Shown: positions 1 to 10,666, counted from the first letter of the stretch. The stretch is DNA of 64,000 nt from an uncultured Acidimicrobiales bacterium (GCA_943788915.1 CALSSD010000006.1:248001-312000), one strand, 5' to 3'. Program-made: numbers and translations. The notes: generated from the sequence alone by a model not told the origin.

Positions 1-71
1 ACCAGACCGAAGTAGTCGACGCCGATGGCCATGCAGTGATGTCGGATCATCAAACAGGCATCGCCCGATGA
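1..71 (+). CDS. 3' end of a probable MaoC/hotdog-fold dehydratase subunit (partial)
   Basis: Frame 3 reads QTEVVDADGHAVMSDHQTGIAR*; its TGA overlaps the ATG of the next MaoC gene (ATGA 68-71). Confidence 0.5.
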   Translation, partial: QTEVVDADGHAVMSDHQTGIAR

Positions 72-562
72 CTGAGCTAACGCCTCCAGAGCGCCCATCT
101 GGCGATAGCGCCCATGGTGAAGTTGACGGTCCCCGGCTGGTGCCGACTGCACTTCCTGCGGCTGAACTCCGGGTAGGGGATCTACTCCCGACCCGCACGC
201 ACCTGGCTACGAACGTGAGCTTGTTCCTCTACAACGCCGCGGTGTGGAACCCGCATCGGATTCACTACGACGCCACGTATGCGACAGACGTCGAGGGCCA
301 CGCCGGGATCGTGATCGACGGCCCGCTCCAAGGGGATTGGATCACCCAGATTGCACTCAATTGGCTGGGCCCCGACGATGAGCTGGTTCGTTTCAGTTAT
401 CAGAACCGACTTGCTACTCACTTGGGAGAGACATTAACGAGTGCCGGTAAGGTCGCGGCCGTCGATGTGGCGGCAAGTCTGGTCGAGCTCGAGCTCTTCG
501 TGATGAACGAGCAGCAGGTTGTGACGACACCGGGCACTGCCACAGTGTTCATCGCACGTTAG
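68..562 (+). CDS. MaoC-family (hotdog-fold) dehydratase
   Basis: NPHRIHYD hydratase motif, IVIDGPLQ, C-terminal beta strands. Confidence 0.8.
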   Translation: MTELTPPERPSGDSAHGEVDGPRLVPTALPAAELRVGDLLPTRTHLATNVSLFLYNAAVWNPHRIHYDATYATDVEGHAGIVIDGPLQGDWITQIALNWLGPDDELVRFSYQNRLATHLGETLTSAGKVAAVDVAASLVELELFVMNEQQVVTTPGTATVFIAR

Positions 563-1554
563 ACGACCTGATCGTCGGGTTGAGCTGAGCTCAAGGCCCG
601 CCACAATGTGCGGTAGTTCGGGTAGCTGTAGTCGGTTGTGACCCACCCTGAGGCCACGAGTTCTCGTTGAAGCTTGGGGAGGTTCCAGTTGGGTACACCC
701 ATGTCGACGTGGTGGGCGAGGTGGTAGCCAATGTTGAACGGCACGAGCCAGAACGATGCCAACCTGCTTTGTTTCACATCATGGGTGGTCTGCCTCCGAT
801 CAGCAGAACGCATGAGACCGCCGTGCTCAGCCACCGACCGGAGTCTGTTGATCACCCTCCAGACAGTGATGTGGGGGAGCCACCACAACAACACATACAA
901 CTCCGGGCGCCCAATAGCGAAGAACGCGGCAACCAGCACGACCTGACAACCCATGATCTTGACAGCTGGTGGCTTGCGACGAACTGCTGCACGGACCAGC
1001 CCTTTGAAGAGCTTGAGGCCGGTTCGGCCAGTTGCGTCGCGAACGAGTTTGCGACGAAAACTTGAGCGAGTGATGGGATAGGCCCGATACAGCGCCATAT
1101 CCGGTTCCTTCGGACCTAGTTCATCGCGGTGGTGATCGATATGGGCTCGCCGGTAGAGCTCGAAGGGAACCCACGACGGGTACGACAGGATCCAGCGTCC
1201 GACGAAGTCATTGACTTTCTTGTTGGTGAAGAGCGTGCGGTGGACGGCTTCGTGACCGAGTGAAGCAAATCGTGCATATTGACGGCCCATAAGAAAGAAC
1301 GCCACGATCCACGACGCAGGATGTGCCAACACGATTGCGAGCCAAACAATAACAATGGGTTCGGCCACGACGAGAGCAACAGCGAGGCCACTGCGGAGGT
1401 CGGGGATTATACGCAACTCGGCGCGAAGCCCTGGAACGGCCTTGCCTCCGGCCAAGAGCCGGTCGGTTGGCAACACGTCGGGGAGCGCGGAGGCGGGTGC
1501 GACCATCTTCCCGAATCCAGGCGGGGCGTCTTTCGGATCTGCGAGCACCGGCAT
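559..1554 (-). CDS. Membrane fatty-acid desaturase family protein
   Basis: Three His boxes HEAVH, HIDHH, HLAHH plus TM segments; leaderless TATGAT-6nt-ATG. Confidence 0.85.
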   Translation of the reverse strand: MPVLADPKDAPPGFGKMVAPASALPDVLPTDRLLAGGKAVPGLRAELRIIPDLRSGLAVALVVAEPIVIVWLAIVLAHPASWIVAFFLMGRQYARFASLGHEAVHRTLFTNKKVNDFVGRWILSYPSWVPFELYRRAHIDHHRDELGPKEPDMALYRAYPITRSSFRRKLVRDATGRTGLKLFKGLVRAAVRRKPPAVKIMGCQVVLVAAFFAIGRPELYVLLWWLPHITVWRVINRLRSVAEHGGLMRSADRRQTTHDVKQSRLASFWLVPFNIGYHLAHHVDMGVPNWNLPKLQRELVASGWVTTDYSYPNYRTLWRALSSAQPDDQVV

Positions 1555-1607
1555 GGCTAGATCATAGGCCGTTCATGGGATCCGACGAGAGCCGGTACGG
1601 TCATGAG

Positions 1608-2120
1608 GTGGCCGACTTCGTGAACGATCCGATCGGGGTGTCGACACTCCCTCGTCTCGGCAATGACAACTTCGAGGTGGTCGATCCGAACTGGCTACGG
1701 GTGTCTCTTATCGGTATCGGGCTGTTTGCAACCGCGGTCGTGGCCGCCGGCGGAGTTCTCTTGTTGCTCCTCGATTTCAGCTGGGTTCTTCTTGGCGCGG
1801 TTGTTGGTCTGCTGGTGGCGAGTGGACTCATTGCGATGGGCCGTGTTCTTGAGGTACGCCACATCGCGTATCAGGTACGTCAGCACGATCTTTCGTATCG
1901 AAGTGGTGTTTTGACCAAACGGGTATCGACCGTGCCGTTTGTTCGGGTGCAACATGCCCGTATCCGTCAGGGGCCGGTGCAACGCCGTTTCGGTCTCGCC
2001 ACACTCGAGATCAACTCAGCAGGTCCGGATCTTCGCATCCAGGGATTGGCTGGAGATACCGCAGATCGACTCAAAGCACTTGTTGTCGAACGCGCCGGCG
2101 ATCTTGCCGAGGATTCGTGA
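1608..2120 (+). CDS. YdbS-like membrane protein with bacterial PH (bPH_2) domain
   Basis: 2 TM helices then VPFVRVQH..QGPVQRRFGLATL; GTG 1608 preceded by TACGGT-6nt. Confidence 0.8.
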   Translation: MADFVNDPIGVSTLPRLGNDNFEVVDPNWLRVSLIGIGLFATAVVAAGGVLLLLLDFSWVLLGAVVGLLVASGLIAMGRVLEVRHIAYQVRQHDLSYRSGVLTKRVSTVPFVRVQHARIRQGPVQRRFGLATLEINSAGPDLRIQGLAGDTADRLKALVVERAGDLAEDS

Positions 2121-3598
2121 ATGAGGTCAACCCAGCACGGGGAGCTGTTCTAGATCTACGGACGCCCCAGCGTCAATCGTTGTGGGCGATTGTCTTCCTA
2201 GCATTCCGAACGTTGCGATCGATCGGCCTCATTCAGCTCCTCCTTTTTGTCGGTTTCGTGATCGCTCGACTTCCCTCGGTGTTGGTCTTTGTTGGCCTGG
2301 TCGGTGTTGTGGGTCTCGGGTTGTTTGCCGTTGCTGGGTTGCGGTGGTGGCGGTTCACCTTCGAGATCGAGGGAGAGGAGCTTGTCGTGCGGCGTGGTGT
2401 TGTGCAGCAGCAGCGGCTGTCGATTCCCCTTGGGCGCGTGCAGAGTGTGTCTCTCGAGCAGAAACTGCTGCATCGGATTGTGTCGTTGGTGCAGATCTCG
2501 CTGGAGACCGCTGGTACGGAGACGGCAGAATTCGTGATCGATGCGGTCGATCAGCGCACGGCCAGCGCACTGCAACAAACGATTGCCAACTATCGGAGGC
2601 CCACACGCGTTGTAGCCGGGGGCGACGAGCAACCCGACACGTTTCCGCCTCGGCCAGAGCAGACAGTTGTACACCACAACCCGCGACGGGTGATGCAGAT
2701 AGCGCTCACCCAGACCCCGTTCGCAGGCCTCGTCATCCTTGCTCCGCTGTTCGCTCTTGGCGACGAGCTCCGCCGCTTCCTGCCGTTTGATCTGCCCCGG
2801 TTCGACGAGCCGCAGGGGGCTAGATGGTTGGTGTGGTTTGTACCACTGGCGCTCGCTGTTGGTCTCGCGACGAGCCTGGTGTTGAACCTGGTGCGGGTCT
2901 TGCTCACGGACTGGAACCTGACGGTTCGTTCAACAGCGGCTGGACTACGCCGTGATGCCGGCCTGTTATCGACCACCAGTGTGGCCACACCAGTGCCCAG
3001 GATCCAGATCGTCCGGATCCGACAAGGTGTGTTGGAGCGGTTGTGGAAGCTCCATACCGTTCACTTGGAAACCATTGGAAGCACGAATATCTCCGTGCCA
3101 GGATGTGCCGCTGAGCAGGTGAAAACGCTTAGCCACGTAGCCCTCGCTGGATCGGTGCACGGGGAGCACCTGGCCGAACGAGTCTCGCCAGCTGAGGTGG
3201 TCCTGCGAACCCGCAACACCTTGATCCTTGCCGCACTAGCTGCTGGTGTTCTGTGGTGGCTGACGAGTTGGTGGGGCTTCACGCCCCTGCTGTTGGTTCC
3301 TTATGTGTGGGCACGAACCCGGCGACAGGTTCGATTACGGCGGTGGGCGATCGAGACCGACACGTTCGGGCAATTTCGAGCCTTTGTTGCGTGGCAACGG
3401 GAGGAAGTCTTGGTCCGCAAGGTCAATGGTGTCACGGTGGCTCAACGACTGTTCGAACGTAGACGTGGGTTGGCAACGGTGGTCTTGTCCACCGCTGCCG
3501 GCGACCTCTCGGTCGGGATGATTCCGTTGGAACAGGCAGAGTGGGTTCGTGATCTCGTGCTCCGGTCGGTCGAGACCGATCGTCGGGCATGGATGTAG
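2117..3598 (+). CDS. YdbT-like membrane protein with three bPH_2 domains
   Basis: Repeated RVQSV/RIQIV/KVNGV..Q..L.R motifs separated by TM pairs; GTGA overlap with upstream gene. Confidence 0.8.
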   Translation: MNEVNPARGAVLDLRTPQRQSLWAIVFLAFRTLRSIGLIQLLLFVGFVIARLPSVLVFVGLVGVVGLGLFAVAGLRWWRFTFEIEGEELVVRRGVVQQQRLSIPLGRVQSVSLEQKLLHRIVSLVQISLETAGTETAEFVIDAVDQRTASALQQTIANYRRPTRVVAGGDEQPDTFPPRPEQTVVHHNPRRVMQIALTQTPFAGLVILAPLFALGDELRRFLPFDLPRFDEPQGARWLVWFVPLALAVGLATSLVLNLVRVLLTDWNLTVRSTAAGLRRDAGLLSTTSVATPVPRIQIVRIRQGVLERLWKLHTVHLETIGSTNISVPGCAAEQVKTLSHVALAGSVHGEHLAERVSPAEVVLRTRNTLILAALAAGVLWWLTSWWGFTPLLLVPYVWARTRRQVRLRRWAIETDTFGQFRAFVAWQREEVLVRKVNGVTVAQRLFERRRGLATVVLSTAAGDLSVGMIPLEQAEWVRDLVLRSVETDRRAWM

Positions 3599-3793
3599 CG
3601 AGGTTCGGAGCGGGGTTGTCCGAAGACGGCGTGGTGCGCCCAGCTGTTCGATGATGGCCTCCAGTTCCTCAGCCGCGGTCGAGCGGGCGGCGACGACGAG
3701 CATGATGGACCAAGGGGAGCGTGGCGCGACTTTTGTGCCGGTAGCTCGTCCGCCGATGTCAGGGCAGAGCCTTTCGGCCACTAGGTTCTTACG

Positions 3794-4570
3794 GTGGACG
3801 AGCCGTTCTATCTTCCTCTTGCCGACGAGGCGTCAGTATTCGAGGCCGCCGTAACCGCGCGTTTGCCGGTGTTGTTGAAAGGGCCGACGGGGTGCGGTAA
3901 GACCCGTTTTGTCGAACACATGGCGTGGCGGCTGGGGCGCGATCTGACAACCGTTGCCTGTCACGAGGACCTCACTGCTACGGACCTTGTTGGCCGATAC
4001 CTGCTGTCAGGCGATGAGACCGTGTGGATGGATGGGCCACTGACACGATCTGTTCGGTCGGGTGCGATCTGCTACCTCGACGAGGTTGTCGAAGCCCGCA
4101 AGGACACCACGGTGATCATCCACTCGTTGACTGATCATCGTCGAGTATTGCCGATCGACAAAACCGCAGAGATGCTCCACGCTCATGATGATTTCTTGCT
4201 GGTGATCTCGTATAACCCGGGGTATCAGAGTGTGCTGAAGGACCTGAAACCTTCGACCCGCCAGCGATTCGTCAGTATCGAGTTTGATTATCCCGACGTC
4301 GAGGCCGAGGCCCTGATCCTCACGACCGAGACCGGTGTCGACGAGGAGACTGCGATCCGGTTGTCACGTTGTGGTTCGCAGGCCCGCAATCTTCGGGAAC
4401 GGGGATTTGAAGACGGTGTGAGTACCAGGCTGCTCGTGTACGCGGGACATCTGATCGAACAGGGAATCCCGGCCCGGCGAGCGTGCGAGGCTGCTTTGGT
4501 GCAGGCCATTAGCGACGACGTCGATATGCAAACAGCTGTCCGAGACATCGTCGACGTCATCTTTCCGTGA
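3794..4570 (+). CDS. CbbQ/NirQ/NorQ-family AAA+ ATPase
   Basis: Walker A GPTGCGKT, Walker [32 protein letters not shown]. Confidence 0.9.
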   Translation: MDEPFYLPLADEASVFEAAVTARLPVLLKGPTGCGKTRFVEHMAWRLGRDLTTVACHEDLTATDLVGRYLLSGDETVWMDGPLTRSVRSGAICYLDEVVEARKDTTVIIHSLTDHRRVLPIDKTAEMLHAHDDFLLVISYNPGYQSVLKDLKPSTRQRFVSIEFDYPDVEAEALILTTETGVDEETAIRLSRCGSQARNLRERGFEDGVSTRLLVYAGHLIEQGIPARRACEAALVQAISDDVDMQTAVRDIVDVIFP

Positions 4571-6408
4571 TCTCGCTGAGCGAGGTCCACACCTCGCTGT
4601 CGTTATTTGCCGAGGCGATCCACGGCAAACCCGTCGCCTTCGCGGTGGGTGATGGCCAATCAGCCTGTTGGCCGTGGGCCCACGAGATCCCAGCTGGTGG
4701 GGTGATTCTGCCGCCAGCGCTGGAGAGCCGAGCCTTCTATCGGTTCGTGTTACTCCATCAACTACTCAAGCAGCAGGTGCCACCCACTGGTAGGTCGGGG
4801 CTGTTCGAGAGGCTGGTCGACATTGCAGAAAACCACCGGGTGACGGGCCAGATACGACGTGAGTACCCGGGCGCAGTCGCCGACATGGAACAGGTGCTCG
4901 TACATGCGAGCGATCGGGGAGCCACCCGTCTACCACAGGCAGACGACGCGGACAATGCATCTGGGGTATTCCTGCGGGCGTTGCGCCTTCACACGCTTGG
5001 CGCGACCAAGTTCGAGCGAACCTCGGCTCGTAACGCCAGAGCGATAAACCTCCTCGACCGGATGCATCACCCCGACGCAACACCCGAAACGAGCCTGCGT
5101 ATTGCCCGGCTCTTGCTGCACCTGATCGACGGATCAGCGCCGGCGCAGGATTCGTTGGTGGGGTTGGCGGAGCTCGAGGAGGACCCAGAGACTCAGGGAC
5201 TGGAGTCCGAGGCGTCCACTGGCGTTTCCCTGGATGGAGGAACACCGAACGAGGTTGTCGACGGGCAAGGTTCGAGCAGCGGCCAGCTCACCAGCGATCT
5301 GAGTGATCAGGCACAGTCTGCGAGCGAGGCCGACGAGAACGACAGTTTGACAGCAGGTCTGACCCTGCCGACCGTGGGGACGCGGCTACCCAGTGATGGC
5401 AGCCGCACGTTTATCTATGACGAGTGGGACTATCACCAAAAATCCCATCGACCAGCCTGGTGTCGGGTCGTAGAGGAACGCCTCGTTGGTGATGACCACG
5501 AATTCATCGTGGACGTACGCCGACGGCACCAGCAGCTTCGATCCCAGATTCGTCACCGACTTCTGCGGCTACCTGCGCAGAATCTGGTGCGGGTGCACCG
5601 GTCGCTCGACGGCGACGAACTCGATCTTGATGCGGCGATCGAAGCGGTGGTCGATCGTCGTAGTGGTGCGCCCGTTGATGACCGGCTACAGATCCGACGT
5701 GATCGAGCGGGTCGCGATGTGGCAACCGCTTTTCTCGTTGACCTCAGCGCATCCACGAGTTCGCCAGCTGTCCCGCCCGAACCGGTCGTGGTCGAAGCCA
5801 GCTTGGATCCATTCGATGACCCCATGTCCTACGGGCCAATCTGGGACGCACCCCGGACAGTCGAACCGATCAGGCGGGTGATTGATGTCGCAAAGGACGC
5901 CGTTGCCTTGATGGGCGACGCATTGCAGGATCTGGGTGACCGGTATGCGGTGTACGGGTTCTCGGGAACTGGGCGGGATCATGTCGAGTTCAAGATCGGC
6001 AAAGACTTCGCGGATCGGGCCAATGCCTCGAGTTGGGCCTCGATCGCTGAGATGAAGCCGCTCCGTTACACCCGTATGGGGCCGGCAATACGGCATGCGT
6101 CGGCCAAGCTCCAGGCTGTGGGAGCCCAGACAAAGCTGCTCATTGTGGTCTCCGATGGGTATCCACAAGATGTTGACTACGGTGCAGACCGCAACGATCG
6201 TGACTATGGCATGCACGACACCGCTCGGGCATTGGCCGACGCTGAACGTGCGGGAATAGGCACCTTCTGTGTCACGATCGACCCGGCCGGACACGACTAT
6301 CTGCGCGATATGTGCCCCGGCGGGCGTTACCTGGTCATCGACGACGTCGAATCCTTGCCGGAAGAGCTGGCCAAGCTCTACCTCCTAGGCAACGTTGGCG
6401 GTCCGTAA
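4567..6408 (+). CDS. NorD/CbbO-like von Willebrand factor A domain protein
   Basis: [46 protein letters not shown]-coupled to the ATPase. Confidence 0.85.
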   Translation: MISLSEVHTSLSLFAEAIHGKPVAFAVGDGQSACWPWAHEIPAGGVILPPALESRAFYRFVLLHQLLKQQVPPTGRSGLFERLVDIAENHRVTGQIRREYPGAVADMEQVLVHASDRGATRLPQADDADNASGVFLRALRLHTLGATKFERTSARNARAINLLDRMHHPDATPETSLRIARLLLHLIDGSAPAQDSLVGLAELEEDPETQGLESEASTGVSLDGGTPNEVVDGQGSSSGQLTSDLSDQAQSASEADENDSLTAGLTLPTVGTRLPSDGSRTFIYDEWDYHQKSHRPAWCRVVEERLVGDDHEFIVDVRRRHQQLRSQIRHRLLRLPAQNLVRVHRSLDGDELDLDAAIEAVVDRRSGAPVDDRLQIRRDRAGRDVATAFLVDLSASTSSPAVPPEPVVVEASLDPFDDPMSYGPIWDAPRTVEPIRRVIDVAKDAVALMGDALQDLGDRYAVYGFSGTGRDHVEFKIGKDFADRANASSWASIAEMKPLRYTRMGPAIRHASAKLQAVGAQTKLLIVVSDGYPQDVDYGADRNDRDYGMHDTARALADAERAGIGTFCVTIDPAGHDYLRDMCPGGRYLVIDDVESLPEELAKLYLLGNVGGP

Positions 6409-6494
6409 CCGCTATCCGTGGGAACCGAACGTTTTGTGATATTTCCGCGGTTCGACGTGTCGAACCATCGCCGGGCCAGCGACACTGGTCGCCG

Positions 6495-6801
6495 ATGTCC
6501 GTGCAGCAGATCACTTCACATGGCGGCGCCGTCGAACTGGCGACTCAGACATCGTTCCGTGTCTGGATCGACCAGGATTTGTGCACCGGCGACGGTCTGT
6601 GTGTCGATGTTGTGCCCGAGGTCTTCACCTTGCTCGAAGACGGCATTGCCTACGTATGCCAGGACGGCGAGGCGCTCAATGATCCGGGTATGGCCGAGAG
6701 CCAGGCGATCGTTCCTGCAAGAACACGAAACGGCCGTCGTCCGTGCGGCCTTGATCTGCCCGGGTGAATGCATCTTCATCGAACGCGATGACCTGACCTG
6801 A
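6495..6801 (+). CDS. Single-cluster ferredoxin (probably 3Fe-4S), frameshifted near 6720
   Basis: RVWIDQDLCTGDGLC in one frame, EHETAVVRAALICPGECIFIE* in the next; removing one extra A near 6719-6720 joins them. Confidence 0.8.
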
Positions 6802-7020
6802 CTCGAACTGGGCGCAGTCCGCGAGCGCTCGTACTTCTCCACCATCGACTGCTTTGGCCTCGAGCGATGCCTCTTCGAAAGCAATTTCCCGATTGACCGA
6901 TTTTCGATGTCCGACCAGGTGTTGTCGAAAGCGTCGAACAAGATCGCACAACAGTTCACGGCCGACGAACGAGATCAGATGTTCTGCGGCACCGCCGAGT
7001 GGATCTCTTCACTCGGCGAC
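6802..7020 (+). pseudogene. Remnant 3' end of an amidohydrolase_2 gene
   Basis: TIDCFGLERCLFESNFPIDRFS..FTADERDQMFCGTA resembles the FGxxRxxFESNFPVD C-terminus; no N-terminal part. Confidence 0.6.
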
Positions 7021-10000
7021 GAGGTAGTAGTCGAGATCGATCTGCGCGAAGTCCTGGGTGTAGGCATCGAACCGTTCGGTTGCGGCGGAGAACATGGCTC
7101 GTTGAGCGGCGGTTGGCGCCTGAGTGGTGTCCCACAGATGCCCGGCAATACGTCCGATCAGGCCAAGAATCGATGGCGGCTGCGCCTCGTGGAGCTGCTC
7201 TCGGGTCGGGTCGCCCTTGAGTTCGCGACGCAACTCGTGAAGCCGCACCTGGGTATTTTCGATTGCAGCGAATTGATCTGCCGTGGCCTCGGGAGCAATG
7301 GCAATTTCTGCACGCTGCTCGTTCAGCCTCTTCTGAACGTCGCTCAGTTGTTTCTCGCTGTGGAGGACCTGGTGATGAAGCCGCCAGACCTGCTGGTTGA
7401 ACGCTGCTGACTCGGCGAGATCTGGTTGGGCAGCGACCGCCGGCGTTGGTTTGACGAAGAACTGCTGCGGCTCTGTGAGCTGGGTGGTCGTCTGGGCATC
7501 GACCTGCACGATCTCGACCGAATAGGTGCCGGGGGCGACGAGAGGGCCGCGAGGTTCGTTCTCCCACGGCTCCCGGAATGCGGGTTTCTCTAGCATGACC
7601 GGATGAGGGGCCGCGAGCCGAAGATCCCAGGTGGTGCGATGCAGCCCTGCCTTGGTTTCGCCGTCGAGCCTACGCACGATGTCGCCATTCGTATCTCGAA
7701 CGATCAGGAAGACCCGAGGATCAGTTGTGGTGTGTTCATCCCACAGCGCTGGCCAGCCTGGCCAGTCGATGTCCTCGTGGCCGTCCGCTGCTGCTTTCTC
7801 GATTTCGTGGCGTTGTTGCTTCAGCGACAACACGTCGGCGGCTAGGTGATAGGTGAAACAAGCACCGGGATCAGGATTCTTGGCAGCAAAGGCGGTCGAC
7901 CCGAGTGTTGGCTGGCCTTCCGCTTGTGCTGTTTGGTGGGGAACGTAGAACCATACATCTCGGACAGGAAAGACGGTGGCGTCTGCCGCCAGCGTGTCGT
8001 CGTCGAGGTGGCGAAGTGAGGTGTAGTCGTCGAGTACATAGATGCCTCGGCCAAAGGTGGCACCAACGAGATCTTCGGAGCGTCGATGGATCACGATGTC
8101 CCGGAAGGAGATAGGTGGTGCGCCTGCAAGTTTGTGCCAGTTCTCGCCGTGGTTCACGGTGGCATACAAACCAAACTCGGTGCCTAAGAAGAGCAGATCG
8201 GGATTGCAATGGTCTTGTTCGATCGACCACACAATCGTGCCTTCGGGGAGGTCGCCGGCCAACGACCGCCAGGTGGCGCCGTGGTCGAGACTCTCAAACA
8301 CGTACGGCGTATAGTCGCCGTTCTTGTGCGCGTCGGCGACCGCGAACACGACGGCGTCGTCGTGTTGAGATGTTTTGACGTTGTTGATGAACCCGTCGGT
8401 CGGGAACTCGGGCATGTCTCCGGCAACGGTCCACGACGCGCCGCCATCGTTGGTGACCTGGACCAGGCCGTCGTCGGTGCCAACAATGATGACACCGGGG
8501 GTCACCGGGGATTCGCTTAGATGAGTAATCGTGCTGTACATCGACATGGCCATGTGGTCCCACAACGCATCGACGCTTTGGACACGGCCGCCGTCTTCGT
8601 GGCTGGTAATAGGGACCTGGTAGCGGTTGATACTTCGGGTCAGGTCACCGCTGATTGCGGTCCACGAGTCGCCACGGTCATCGCTGCGCCACACCCGTTG
8701 TGATGCCACAAAGATCGTGTGTGGGTTGTGGGGGCTGACGACGATGGGGCAGTCCCAATTCCAGCGTTCTGGGTCGTCGCCAGGTGCTCCCTGAGGTTGA
8801 ATGTCTTGCAACTCCATCGTGCGGCGGTCCATCCGCATCACGTTGCCGTTCTGCCATTCCATGTAACAGATGTTGGGATCCTCGGGATCGAAGGCCACGT
8901 GGTAACCATCTGCACCGAGTGTCACGCTCCAGTCCTGGCTACGGACACCTTCGACGCCCGTGGTACGAGAGGGGCCATACAACGTGCCGAGATCCTGCGC
9001 GCCAGCGAGGATGTTGTAGAAGGGCTCGGCATTGTCGGTGGCGACTCGATAGAACTGCGAGATCGGCAGGTTCGGTATATGCCGGAACGACTCGCCGTGG
9101 TCGAAGGTTTCATAGAGCCCCGCGTCGGCGCCGATGAGCAAGTGATCACCGTCGTCGGGATCGATCCACACCAGATGATTGTCTGAGTGTTTGGTCCTGC
9201 CGGTTTCCAGCCGCTGAATGGTCTTGCCGCCGTCGGGTGTCCAGTGGACAAATACATCGACCTGATAGACCCGTTCGGGGTCGGTTGGTGAGGCGAAGAT
9301 TTCTTGGTAGTAGTGCGGGCCAGTGCCGCCAGAGATGTATTCGTTGCGTCGTTCCCAGCTCTCGCCCCGGTCGGTCGAACGGTAGAAACCCCGGGTTTCT
9401 GCGTCGGCCTCGACCGTGGCGTAGACGGTGTCAGGCGAGGCTGGGGTCACGGCCAGGCCGATCTTGCCCATGTCGCCCTTTGGGAGCCCGTGGGTGATCT
9501 CACGCCAGGAGTCGCCGCCGTTTGACGTCTTGTAGATCGCCGATCCTGGCCCACCGCCGAGGAAGCTCCACACCCGCCGCCGGCGTTGATATGCAGCGGC
9601 ATACAAGGTGTCGGGATCGTCGGGAGCAAATGCCAGGCTGGTCACTCCGGTGTCGGCGTCGATCCGCAAGGCCTGGTGCCAGGATTCGCCACCATTGGTC
9701 GTCTTGTAGACACCTCGTTGACCGTCTCCAGACCACAATGGGCCCTCTGCAGCGACGTAGACCACATCGCTGTCGCGGGGATCAACGAGGATTTCGGCTA
9801 TGTGTTCTGATTGGCGCAGTCCCATATGGTCCCAGGTGGCGCCACCGTTGCGGCTCCGGTAGACGCCGTCGCCCCACGCGACGTGGCGGCCGCTCACGGC
9901 TTCACCGGTCCCAACCCAAACAATGTCGGGCTGGTTCGGGTCGAGCGTCACGCAGCCGATCGAGAACGACTGTTGGTCATCGAAGATGGGGGACCAGGTG

Positions 10001-10191
10001 GTCCCGGCATTGGTGGTCTTCCACACCCCGCCAGAACCAACGGCCAGGTACCAGGTGGACTTGTTCGCAGGATGGACAGCAAGGTCAGCGATCCGCCCGC
10101 CCATAAAGGCTGGACCGATGCCTCGCATCGAGAGTCCAGAGATGGCCGTGGCGAGTGGCGTGGTCTGGGTGGTCGACGAATCTTCAGTCAT
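7009..10191 (-). CDS. VPS10/sortilin-like BNR (Asp-box) beta-propeller protein, often annotated glycosyl hydrolase
   Basis: RGIGPAFMGGRI start, many SxDxGxTW Asp boxes, C-terminal coiled coil; start taken at ATG 10191. Confidence 0.8.
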   Translation of the reverse strand: MTEDSSTTQTTPLATAISGLSMRGIGPAFMGGRIADLAVHPANKSTWYLAVGSGGVWKTTNAGTTWSPIFDDQQSFSIGCVTLDPNQPDIVWVGTGEAVSGRHVAWGDGVYRSRNGGATWDHMGLRQSEHIAEILVDPRDSDVVYVAAEGPLWSGDGQRGVYKTTNGGESWHQALRIDADTGVTSLAFAPDDPDTLYAAAYQRRRRVWSFLGGGPGSAIYKTSNGGDSWREITHGLPKGDMGKIGLAVTPASPDTVYATVEADAETRGFYRSTDRGESWERRNEYISGGTGPHYYQEIFASPTDPERVYQVDVFVHWTPDGGKTIQRLETGRTKHSDNHLVWIDPDDGDHLLIGADAGLYETFDHGESFRHIPNLPISQFYRVATDNAEPFYNILAGAQDLGTLYGPSRTTGVEGVRSQDWSVTLGADGYHVAFDPEDPNICYMEWQNGNVMRMDRRTMELQDIQPQGAPGDDPERWNWDCPIVVSPHNPHTIFVASQRVWRSDDRGDSWTAISGDLTRSINRYQVPITSHEDGGRVQSVDALWDHMAMSMYSTITHLSESPVTPGVIIVGTDDGLVQVTNDGGASWTVAGDMPEFPTDGFINNVKTSQHDDAVVFAVADAHKNGDYTPYVFESLDHGATWRSLAGDLPEGTIVWSIEQDHCNPDLLFLGTEFGLYATVNHGENWHKLAGAPPISFRDIVIHRRSEDLVGATFGRGIYVLDDYTSLRHLDDDTLAADATVFPVRDVWFYVPHQTAQAEGQPTLGSTAFAAKNPDPGACFTYHLAADVLSLKQQRHEIEKAAADGHEDIDWPGWPALWDEHTTTDPRVFLIVRDTNGDIVRRLDGETKAGLHRTTWDLRLAAPHPVMLEKPAFREPWENEPRGPLVAPGTYSVEIVQVDAQTTTQLTEPQQFFVKPTPAVAAQPDLAESAAFNQQVWRLHHQVLHSEKQLSDVQKRLNEQRAEIAIAPEATADQFAAIENTQVRLHELRRELKGDPTREQLHEAQPPSILGLIGRIAGHLWDTTQAPTAAQRAMFSAATERFDAYTQDFAQIDLDYYLVAE

Positions 10192-10252
10192 AGGTCCATC
10201 AGACCACACCCCGCTCCGTGGGAAGACGATCCGGGACGGGTTAGCTTCTGAT

Positions 10253-10666
10253 CTACAGGGTCGTGTCGTCCACGAACTCGACCCAATTGCCATCTGGGTC
10301 AGCGACCATAGAGATCGAGACCCCGGGTCGGATCTCACGTTGATCGATGATGACCTTTACCCCGGCGTCTCGACACGCATTGGTGGCCTCGGCCAGGTTG
10401 GTAATCTGCATGGTGAAGTACCGGATGCCTGTTGCACCTCCGATGCCGCCGGGGGGTGCTTCGGCCGATGGCGTTTCATCATGGCTTACGAGCTTGATCA
10501 TGGTGTCGCCACACCTCAGCCGATGCATGGTTGCCGGAACCGCCCCGGACAGTGGTGTGTCAGCGACATGTTCGAACCCGAGTAGATCTCGATAGAAGGC
10601 CAGTGACGCGTTACTGTCCTTGATCACGATGCCCAGATCGATGGCGTTCTTGCGTAGTGAAAGCAT
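10253..10666 (-). CDS. VOC/glyoxalase family protein
   Basis: SLAFYRDLLG and DPDGNWVE motifs; leaderless TAGCAT-6nt-ATG. Confidence 0.85.
   Translation of the reverse strand: MLSLRKNAIDLGIVIKDSNASLAFYRDLLGFEHVADTPLSGAVPATMHRLRCGDTMIKLVSHDETPSAEAPPGGIGGATGIRYFTMQITNLAEATNACRDAGVKVIIDQREIRPGVSISMVADPDGNWVEFVDDTTL

Noticed and set aside
3794..6408. Evidence for denitrification or carbon fixation
   Set aside because: No norBC, nirS or RuBisCO genes in the window; NorQ/D-type chaperones alone are not diagnostic
6799..6801. Selenocysteine/readthrough fusing ferredoxin to the downstream fragment
   Set aside because: Ferredoxin is complete before the TGA, the downstream piece is only a decayed C-terminus, and no SECIS-like hairpin is evident
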